Part shown: piece after piece, positions 1-9,757 of the stretch
How the letters are laid out: each line of letters opens with the position of its first letter
Position numbering within the stretch: position 1 is the first letter of the stretch
Assembly: GCF_006345805.1 (NCBI RefSeq)
Contig: NW_021836480.1
Coordinates: 1 to 23,266 of the forward strand
From: Octopus sinensis
Lineage: Eukaryota
Length of the DNA stretch: 23,266 bases
Direction of reading: 5' to 3'
The notes under the pieces: model-generated
Database searches by the model: none
What the model was told of the DNA's origin: nothing
The model's input: only the letters and a program-made list of their open reading frames with translations
Position numbers and translations under genes: made by a program

Positions 1-486
1 CTCGAGAGACAAACGACATTTTTGTATATAAAACAATAATACCACGTGCACAACAAACCATTTATCATGTGAATAAAATCTTACTCGTATATTTCAAGTT
101 TCGTCACGTGTTTGGAACACGAAACGTTAATTGTTCAGAGACACTGTGGTTTTAAAAAAATCAATGATACTCTCTGATGAGAATCTAAGCCATTGCCTTG
201 ATGTCATGCAGCAAATCCATCCCACAGTTTCTCTCAACTCATTTTATGGAAGCAGTGATGAGAGCTTCAATGACACTGTAGGGGTTTATATACAAGTTGT
301 GATGATATACCTGAACAAAATGGCGGCTTCGATTCAACACAAGATCAAATAAATAAAATTTTAAAAAATAAAGTGTCACGTGCTCATTCCTTATTGTTAA
401 ATTCGTTGTCTTTTGAAGAAATAATAATCAGCAAAGCTAATACAACGTGATTTAACCGAATTAGTTTCTTTTGAGAAGAAACTAAA

Positions 487-534
487 TTTTATTTTATTTT
501 ATTTTATTTTATTTTATTTTATTTTATTTTATTT
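487..534. repeat. (TTTTA)n microsatellite
   Basis: Pentanucleotide tandem visible directly. Confidence 0.95.
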
Positions 535-569
535 CTGTATGTAATTATAGGAATGGCAGAACATGATGC

Positions 570-720
570 TGGTTGCGGCCACTTGGCACAATCGTTTGAA
601 CGTCGGATAAATTACTTTGCGGTAATCATTCCCGCTACGCCATCTGCTCCTTCTGTTCAAATCTCGCTGAGGTCATCTTTGCCTTTCATTCTTTCGTGGT
701 CGATAAATAAAGTACCAGTT
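570..720 (+). mobile_element. degenerate tRNA-derived SINE, same family as 13445-14049
   Basis: ctttgcctttcattctttcgtggtcgataaataaagtaccagtt matches the body of the 13.5-kb copies. B-box-like gttcaaatctc is present. Confidence 0.7.
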
Positions 721-768
721 CTGTCACGACGTCGATTCTTCTCTTTCTTAAAATCTCTTTTTCTCAAA

Positions 769-1230
769 ACATCCATACATACATCCACACATCCATCCAT
801 ATGTAAGGATGCATGCATCCATACATACATAGGTACGTGCGTACGTACGTACATACATACATACATACATACATAGTAAGTATATTGATCCATCCATCCA
901 TCCATCCGTCCATACATACATACATACACACATACACACATACATACGTACATATGTACGTACATGCATACATACAAGCATACATACACACATACGTACA
1001 TGCATCCATACATACATATGTACGTATGTACGTACGTACATACATACGTACATACATACATACATACATACATACATACATACATACACACACACATACA
1101 TACGTACATATGTATGTATATGCATACATACATGCATACGTACATTCATACGTACATACATACGTACATACATACATGCATACATGCATACATACATACA
1201 TACATACATACGTACGTACGTACGCATATA
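769..1230. repeat. (CATA)n compound microsatellite with CATC/CGTA variants
   Basis: Visible directly; source of the MYVC/HTYI pseudo-ORFs. Confidence 0.97.
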
Positions 1231-1304
1231 CCAAACTAATAGATTTTTATTTAAACAATTTCAACAGCAGAAAAAATGAAGCGATGCCATGCAGCGGTCA
1301 CTCA

Positions 1305-1502
<198 letters not shown>

Positions 1503-2039
1503 TCAAATTGATTAATGACTGAACATGGGGATTAATGAAGTATGAACGTCACACCTTCCCGTTTACTCATCTAAGAATAACATGCTTATATATATTTAGG
1601 TTACCGCTTCAAATGCGAATTAAGAACGGAAATGCGAGAACGAAATTGGCTTAGAAACTGCAAACTCAGGGCAAACATTTTTTACAAACAGGTCGATGGT
1701 TTTAATCGTAATATCGTAAAACGAACGCAGGTATAATGTGTCAAAGCCAACAGGAAGCGTCGATGCTTCCTAGGGCTAAATAGCGGTGGTGTAATTCCCT
1801 TTACGGGACTGTCACGTTATGTTGACAGTATACAACCACTCTATCGCTCCACCACCGCTCATGTCTCTTTGAGACGTTTAGAAATTCAATATTTCTAATA
1901 TATATATATATATATATATTCAAAGAGCAATAAAGATTCAAGTTAATTTAAAAAATTTACTTGAATATGGTACCTAACTTAGATGCACCAAAAAAAAACA
2001 ATACTGATTTAACAATACAGTAATGTGGGGTGATTATAA

Positions 2040-3022
2040 GCGAGAAAGAAGCAACAAGAATGGATAGGTTTTTAGTACGATCGTTTCATACAAGGACAGG
2101 TTTTATTAAAAGTTGCAAAGATTACAGCATATAAACGAGTCCCGTACTCATCAGCTAAAATACATGTAAGTTCTCTAGACATCCTAGTGTTTGAGGCTAT
2201 ACTCATGAAGTAATGTAGATAATTAAACAGATTTCTAAAGTTCATTAAAGTTCCTTAAAGATGATGTATAGTCTTATCACAGAATTTTAAAAAAGTTTTG
2301 ATAGCATCACAGAGAAGGTGACCTAATCCATATGAATTTCCATAGATATGATGAGGGATTATATACTCACAGAAGACAAATTTATCCATTGTTATTAGCA
2401 TTACAGAGAGGGTGAATTAATCCTTTGTATATATGCACAATTCCAAAGGTGTAGATGTAAATTTCCAGAGAAATGGAGATGAATTTCATATTCACAGGCG
2501 ATAAATTTTACAATGGTTGAACACAATGAGTAGGTACCTACCTCATTGTGTTCAACCATTGTAAATTTATCGCCTGTGAATATGAAATTCATCTCCATTT
2601 CTCTGGAAATTTACATCTACACCTTTGGAATCTGTGCATATATACAAAGGATTAATTCACCCTCTCTGTAATGCTAATAACAATGGATAATTTGTCTTCT
2701 GTGAGTATATCATCCTCATCATATCTATGGAATTCATATGGATTGGTCACCTTCTCTGTGATGCTATCAAAACTTTTTAAATTCTGTGATAAGACTATAC
2801 ATCATCTTAAGGAACTTTAATGAACTTTAGAAATCTGTTTAATTATCTACATTACTTCATGAGTATAGCCTCAAACACTAGGATGTCTAGAGAACTTACA
2901 TGTATTTTAGCTGATGAGTACGGGACTCGTTTATATGCTAATCTTTGCAACTTTTATAAAACCTGTCCTTGTATGAAACGATCGTACTAAAAACCTATCC
3001 ATTCTTGTTGCTTCTTTCTCGC
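2040..3022. repeat. 983-bp near-perfect palindrome (inverted duplication with no spacer)
   Basis: Left arm 2040-2535 is the reverse complement of right arm 2536-3022. Axis lies inside TAGGT|ACCTA. Hand alignment gives 12 indels and 1 substitution. Confidence 0.97.
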
Positions 3023-3080
<58 letters not shown>

Positions 3081-3082
<2 letters not shown>

Positions 3083-3461
3083 GAGCACTCCGTCAGTTAC
3101 GACGAGGGTTCCAGTTGATCCGATCAACGGAACTGCCAGTTCGTGAAATAAACGCACAAGTGGCTGAGCACTCCACAGACACGTGTATCCCTTAACGTAG
3201 TTCTCGGGGAGATTCAGTGTGACACAGAGTGTGACAAGGCTGGCCCCTTTGAAATACAGGTACAAGAAAAACAGGAAGAAAGAGTGAGAGAAAGTTGTGG
3301 TGAAAGAATACAGTTGGGTTCGCCACCACCCCCTACCGGAGCCTCGTGGAATTTTAGGTGTTTTCGCTCAATAAACACTCACAACGTCCGGTCTAGGAAT
3401 CGAAACTGCGATCCTATGACCGCGAGTCCGCTGCTCTAACCACTAGGCCATTGCGCCTCCA
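3081..3461 (-). mobile_element. tRNA-derived SINE, probably full length
   Basis: Minus strand starts GGAGGCGCAATGGCCTAGTGGTTAGAGCAGCGGACTCGCGG. A-box TGGCCTAGTGG at 3450-3440, B-box GTTTCGATTCC at 3406-3396. Ends in a (TA)n tract at 3024-3080. Confidence 0.85.
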
Positions 3462-3532
3462 TACAGAGACAAATAGATAGGTAAGTAAATAGATAGATGG
3501 ATATATAGAGAGATAGTTAGATATAAATAGAT

Positions 3533-3569
<37 letters not shown>

Positions 3570-4486
3570 AAGAGAGAGCAAGGAAGGTGACAGACAGACA
3601 CAATAAACGACTGTTGTTAAAAAGAAGCAATGGATTATAGGTTTGTGTAAGGGAGGGGGGAGTGGTGTTGTATATCTATTAAGGATATAAGGTTTTAGAG
3701 GTGTTCCTAACCGTCACCATAGAAACAGGTCCTAGAGAGGGATATAGATAGATTTAAGGTGGTAGTGTTTGAAAGGGCAGAAAGGGGACGATGATGGGCG
3801 GGCATAAATTGTATATTTGATCTAAGGACTTGTCTGATTTCTGTTTTTTGGCCGAAGTGTCGTATTCTGGGAACGGAAAACCGCGATAAGAGATTTTCCA
3901 CTTTGCTATTGAGACGAGGGTTAAACATGGATTTAAAAATTAACATCAAAGGAGGCAGTTTTTATTATTTTTGTGGGGAGGGGCGTCGGGGAGGAACCAG
4001 GTGGTGTTTTCTCTGTAACTTTTATATTTTGTTTAGGTTGTTGATGTTTTTCTTTAAATAAACTAAAATATAATTTTTATTATTATTATTCCCATGTTCT
4101 TTTCGGTTGTTATTGCTTGGTCCCAGTTCAAAACCGATTAAGTAAAATTAGGATCGAAGGCATTCCAGTCATGACCATCAATGACGAGATCGTTTGCTGC
4201 ATCCTTCATTTCGATTATTTTGAAATTAGCAGGTTATCACAAGGATGTCAGGTTAGCAACACCGAATTATCTTCATATATATATGGGGGGGGGGGGGGGA
4301 TATACCAATATCTGTTTTTCTGTTCAGTTATAACAAAAACAATTTTACATTAATCTGATGGGTTACTCTATACTTCTGTAGAGTACAAATTTATTATTCT
4401 TAAATGAGAATATTATTGACAGTAACTTCGAAGGTTCAGTCACCTAAGGCATCGTCGGACTGTCCGAACAACACTCATGTATTTTA

Positions 4487-4669
4487 ATTATATATATATA
4501 TATATAATATATATATATAATATATATATATATATATAATATATATATATATATAATTAATAATGATAAAACTCTGATTTTCGGATGTCGGGGTGGAAGC
4601 TCACGCCGCCATCTCTTCAGTATCCGGTCATCGGAAAAAAATGCTATGAAATATATATATATATATATC

Positions 4670-4701
<32 letters not shown>

Positions 4702-4712
4702 CATATATATAT

Positions 4713-4743
<31 letters not shown>

Positions 4744-4762
4744 GAGAGAGAGAGAGTGTATG

Positions 4763-4813
<51 letters not shown>

Positions 4814-4935
4814 CATAGCTTCATTTGAACTTGTCAATCCCTAAGATATATACGAATATATACGCATATATATATATATATATATATACGCATGCATGCA
4901 TACATACATATATTCATGCATATATACATATATAC
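4487..4935. repeat. (TA)n/(CATA)n/(CA)n/(GA)n compound microsatellites, interrupted
   Basis: Visible directly; bounds approximate. Confidence 0.9.
4565..4624 (-). ncRNA. degenerate type I hammerhead ribozyme-like motif (Penelope-like/retrozyme remnant)
   Basis: GATA-CTGAAGA-long stem II hairpin (GATG..CGG..GTG/CAC..CCG..CATC)-C-GAAA-short stem III-TATC. Stem I GATA/TATC is 4 bp; the cleavage triplet is a suboptimal UUU. Confidence 0.45.
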
Positions 4936-5280
4936 ACTTCGTTTTCGTATTTCGTTCACAATATTCTTGATGTGAATTCGTGAATTAAAATAAATCTTGT
5001 TGTCTTGGAAAGGTCATTACATTAATAATAGCACATACACTGGTTCAATATTACTTCTTTATAGATAAGATATTTAATCTAGTTGCAGATTAGAGATAGT
5101 TAACCAAGTGACTAACAATAAAAAAAGCTGATTGTTAACCAATGCATATGTTATTATTAGTGGCATATCCACCCCACCAAGACAAGCACCCTACATACAT
5201 AGACGTGTGTGTGTGTGTGGTAGCAGTAGTAGTTACCGGAAAATTAGAAGAAAGAAGAGTACGTAAGGTAGTTTACATAC

Positions 5281-5387
5281 GTGTATGGTGGGAGTATCTC
5301 ATATGGAGAATATCACAGGCGTGTATGTAATGGTATAATGTCTTCTCGATCAGATCTTGCGGTTCATAACCCGTCAGTTGCGCCACC
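5281..5387 (-). CDS. sim: single-minded internal exon, PAS-B, 107 nt (absent from the ORF track)
   Basis: AG|G GTG GCG... gives [36 protein letters not shown]+C. Acceptor tttcag ends at 5388, donor gtatgt at 5280-5275. Confidence 0.96.
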
Positions 5388-5517
5388 CTGAAATGGAAAA
5401 TGGACAAATGGTGAACTGGGGCAGTTGGAACAAATAATCATACGTACACAACTGTGTATACACATACAGACACACAGTCATACATAAATACATCACACAT
5501 AGGCACATATATACATT

Positions 5518-5603
<86 letters not shown>

Positions 5604-6029
5604 TCGGGTAAAGTATAATTATTTTAATTATTTTATTCTTTATACCGATCTAATTCCGAAACGCGCGTACGTGGGTAAACCAATACCGATTGATTTTCGT
5701 TATTTTTCCCTTTCGCCTGCGTGGATTGTTTTCAAGTACTTGGGTTTTTCTGGGAGCCCCTTTTAAAGTAGAAGGAAGAGCTAAGAATTTTTGACTGCTA
5801 TTTCTAAACTTCGGTATGTGGTGAAGCAAATCTTTGCTGAACCCTAATTATATATATATATAAAATTAAAATTAGAATTAATCAAAGGACATAGTAAGTA
5901 TGTCTACCTGCTTGAAATAACAGTCAAAACTCTTATTAAATCGCAAAAATACACTGATGATAACTATATATATATATATATCCACCACTGTCAAGTGTAA
6001 TTTTTTCCGTCCAACCCGTACAGATTCTT

Positions 6030-6087
6030 CGGGGTTGTCTGATGATCCTGTGCATCCACAGGTGAAACAAAATAAAGTAATCCTTCG
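6030..6087 (+). ncRNA. type I hammerhead ribozyme-like motif
   Basis: CTGATGA (6039-6045), stem II CCTGTG-CATC-CACAGG (6047-6062), GAAAC (6064-6068), loop, GTA cleavage triplet (6077-6079). Stem I is possible with a bulge. The stem II closing pair is a T.T mismatch. Confidence 0.6.
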
Positions 6088-6462
6088 TAAAGGTTAGTTG
6101 TCTTGCTGATGTGAATATCTCTTTGAAAATGAAAGAGGATAACTAACGATAACTGCTTCGAAGTTTCTATCATCTATATACAGATTGCAAGCTCACATTT
6201 ATACCAATAATAATTGGTGGCCTTAGTTTGTGAGTAAATGCCTAACTGATAATCCGGTTTACCTTGAATTTTCAGAAAAACCACCTAACATCTACATTAC
6301 AAATACAATCTGTAAGCGGAACAGTAAAAATATACAAGACATTTCCTAAGTTTAAAATATGAATTGGTTTTTATCTACATTTAAATGATGGAGTTTTGTA
6401 TCTTTGTTAGAAACCAGCTCCTTCTTCAGGGGGAGAATTTAGATAATGAAAAACTGCAGAGA

Positions 6463-6560
6463 ACATACATACATACATACATACATACATACATACATAC
6501 ATACATACATACATACATACATACATACATACATACATTCATACGCACTCACACATACAT
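6463..6560. repeat. (CATA)n microsatellite
   Basis: Visible directly. Confidence 0.95.
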
Positions 6561-6696
6561 GTACGTTTGGGTTTACAAACCGTGGAAAGAGTACTCAATA
6601 CAAAAGATAGAGTATCTGTTATGGAGTTATATAAACTTTAATTTATAAAGGTAAATCTTATTTTTTTACTAATAATGTAGTTTTGATTGTACTCAC

Positions 6697-6896
6697 CTGG
6701 CATCTAGAAATATTAGCTTCAAGTCTAAACTGGCTCTGAACATAAACATATTGTTAAACATTTTAATCTCTGTTACAGCGCTAGGTGGCAGTGAATGGCC
6801 GACAGCTACCAGACCGACATTTTGGTAGCATCCGTCGTATGGTGAAATATCCATTGTGTATTGCTTGATTTTCAAGTAGCCACTACAATGAATTAC
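6697..6896 (-). CDS. sim: single-minded internal exon, linker and start of PAS-B, 200 nt
   Basis: [66 protein letters not shown]+AG. Acceptor ccag ends at 6897, donor gtgagt at 6696-6691. Confidence 0.97.
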
Positions 6897-7485
6897 CTGG
6901 TGGAAAAACGAAAAGAAATAGCGACAGGTTAACATAGTAATTTGGCTAAAAGGAAAACAGGCTTTAACGGTCTTTCAAATTTGAGTTCAAATCATACATG
7001 TTTTTGGTTTATCTAAAAGTTTATGAGACGTCTTGGCGCAGCCGTTTTTTTTGCCGCTTATTTGGCGTCGCTGATTCGACGCTGACATATTTGACATTAG
7101 ACATTGTAATGTTTCTCACATTCTGTCTCTCCCCTCTCTCTCTCTCTATATATATATATGTGTATCTGTGTGTGTGTGTGTTTGCGTGTATGCATGTATG
7201 TGTGTGTGTGTGTACGTGTATGCGTGCGAACATCTTGTGTAATAATGTCTCTTTGCCTCTCTCTGACTAAATTTAGTATCTCTCTCTGTACATTTCTGCG
7301 CAGGCGTGCATGTTTGTGTGAGCCTGTTTACCTCAAGTGCCAAAAAGTACGGCGGTTAAAACAAATTCAGCCGTGACAAATCATTAGTGCCGAAAAAGCG
7401 GCGCCCGATTGTCCTATTCTGCAGTCGAGGGAAGATGTTTTTTTAATCATAAAAACAGAAAATGTTTGTCATTATAGTTGCATAT

Positions 7486-7716
7486 AAGGCAGCGAGCAAG
7501 CAGACTCGTTAACATGCCGGACAAAATGCCTAACAGCATTTCTTCCGGCTTCTTGCGTTCTGGGTTCAAATTCCGCCGGAGTCAATTTTGGATTTCATCT
7601 ATTTGGGGACGATTAAATAAAGCATGTCAGACACTGGGGGCTGCTGTAATCGACTGGCCTCCACACCCACCTACTTCCCCAGCATTTCAGGACTTGCACC
7701 CAGAATAGAAAGAATT
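7486..7716 (+). mobile_element. diverged tRNA-derived SINE, same family as 13445-14049
   Basis: aaggcagcgagc...gttctgggttcaaattccgcc (B-box GGTTCAAATTCC), followed by a diverged body. Confidence 0.7.
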
Positions 7717-7732
7717 AGAGCTGCAAACGGAT

Positions 7733-8075
7733 GCGTGTGTATTTTTGTGTGTGTGTGTGTGGTGTGTGTGTGTGTGTGTGCGTGCGTGTGTGCGTGTGTG
7801 CGTGCTTGTGTGTGAGTGTGTGTGAGTGTGTGTGTGTGTGTGCGTGTGTGTGTGTAAGTGTGTGTGAGTGTGTGTGCACGCGTGAGTGAGTGTGTGTGCG
7901 TGTGTGTGTGCGTGAGAGTGTGTGTGCGCGTGAGTGTGTGTGTGTGTGCATGCCTGAGAGTGTGTGTGTGTGAGTGTGTGTGTGCGTGCATTAGTGTGTG
8001 TATGTGCCTGAGAGTGTGTGTGCGCGTGAGTGTGTGTGTATGTGTGCATGAGTGTGCGTGTGTGTGTGTGTGTAC
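7733..8075. repeat. (TG)n microsatellite with GAGT/GCGT variants
   Basis: Visible directly. Confidence 0.95.
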
Positions 8076-8344
8076 TAGAGCGTGAAAGTGTGCAGACGAG
8101 AGTGAGAGAGCAGGCGTGTGTGAAATGCGTGAAGAAGGATTTCATTTCCATTTTTGTTTTTATTGCTTCTCTCCTTTTATGGCATTCTTCGAGAGAGGCT
8201 CCAAGTCAAAAAGACAAAAAGAGCAGCAGAAGGGAGAGGGGGAAAAAGAAAGAAAGAAAGAAAGAAAGAAAGGAAAAAGAAGAGGGAAGAAGTAAAAAGA
8301 CAGAAGTGGAGAAAAGAGAAGAAAATGAATGAAAAAAGAAGTGC

Positions 8345-8398
8345 AACAATAACAACAATAATAATAATGATGATGATGATGATGATGATAATAATAAT

Positions 8399-8479
<81 letters not shown>

Positions 8480-8492
8480 AATATTAATAATG

Positions 8493-8569
<77 letters not shown>

Positions 8570-8578
8570 AATAATAAT

Positions 8579-8662
<84 letters not shown>

Positions 8663-8719
8663 AATAATAATTATAATAATTATAATAATAATAATAATAA
8701 TATAATAATAATAATAATA

Positions 8720-8754
<35 letters not shown>

Positions 8755-8769
8755 TGATAATTTAAAATG

Positions 8770-8808
<39 letters not shown>

Positions 8809-8842
8809 TAATAATGATGATGATGATGATGATGATAATAAT
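8345..8842. repeat. alternating (ATA)n/(ATG)n blocks
   Basis: Visible directly; source of the poly-I/poly-M pseudo-ORF. Confidence 0.97.
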
Positions 8843-9107
8843 AAGGGCAATAATCCAGATTACCTTTAGGAGATGACTAAAAGCAAACGAAGCTGATTTG
8901 TTGAAGAATTTCGGGGTTTCCTCCCCCCGCGGCCCCTAAAAACGCCAGCATTGTAATGTCAATCAGTTTGTGGAGTGGAAAGTATTCCAATGAGTTTAAT
9001 CAAACAGCCACAAGGTAGACTGCACGCGCTGGCGTAAATCATTCGACATTAGTCTGATGACCTATCGCGGTACCAAGATGCATTTCTTATGTTGCACATC
9101 ATCGGCG

Positions 9108-9155
9108 TCATCATCATCATCATCATCATCATCCTCATCATCATCATCACTATCC

Positions 9156-9213
<58 letters not shown>

Positions 9214-9244
9214 TATCATCATAATCATCACTATCGTCATCATC

Positions 9245-9276
<32 letters not shown>

Positions 9277-9307
9277 CGTCATCATCATCATCATCATCAT
9301 CATCATC
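9108..9307. repeat. (CAT)n microsatellite
   Basis: Visible directly. Confidence 0.97.
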
Positions 9308-9528
9308 AGTAGCAGCAATAGCATGATATCTTCACCGTCGCCACAATTAAGTTAATTGTTAAGGCGGTGAAATTCGAGCGCTTGTCCTCGCATTTTGTAT
9401 TTTGGGACTCTTATTTTTAATTTCAATTTTCTTTTTAATCATGGGAAAAGGAGATCAGAATGTCTGAAGGTCGGGTGGTCAGGAGGTCAGGAGGTAAATG
9501 ATCGCTTTACAAACTACTTAAATTATTA

Positions 9529-9660
9529 TTTGCATAAACCTTTAATAGCAATGTCTGGTCTATTAACAATAACCCTGGTTTTTCTGTCATTCTTAATGGA
9601 ACCGTTCCAGAAGGTGTTCTGATCAAGGATGTTCCCTTAACCTAGAACAGGTTTACAAAC
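9529..9660 (-). mobile_element. highly degenerate RLE-type LINE remnant
   Basis: Minus frame KPVLG*GNILDQNTFWNGSIKNDRKTRVIVNRPDIAIKGLCK* resembles the W-x-x-x-I-x-T/N-D...NRPDI motif before the restriction-like endonuclease. Short and interrupted. Confidence 0.35.
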
Positions 9661-9757
9661 CTACATTGTCCAGCGGAAACTGACCAACCTAATTAAGTCA
9701 ATTTACACCACTACATTCGACAAATATCCAGCGCTTATTTTCAGTGTGATTTGCCGT

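Noticed and set aside
1752-1771. 20-bp imperfect palindrome AGGAAGCGTCGATGCTTCCT
   Set aside because: Single short hairpin with no supporting context; not a terminator in a eukaryotic intron.
2911-2932. CTGATGAG-TACGGGA-CTC within the palindrome as a hammerhead
   Set aside because: GTTT follows where GAAA is required, and there is no stem III or NUH site.
3707-4353. Non-repetitive-looking ORFs 3707-3949 and 4117-4353 (also 131-352, 5991-6173, 21279-21515)
   Set aside because: Short, with no recognisable domain or splice-consistent structure; several overlap decayed repeats.
6385-6460. Other CTGANGA boxes (6429-6423 minus; also near 175, 9056, 11260, 15556, 18995, 23114)
   Set aside because: None has the downstream stem II, GAAA, stem III and NUH arrangement.
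8154-9355. Poly-Ile/poly-Met ORFs, also at 11259-11576
   Set aside because: Trinucleotide microsatellite translations with no protein-like complexity.
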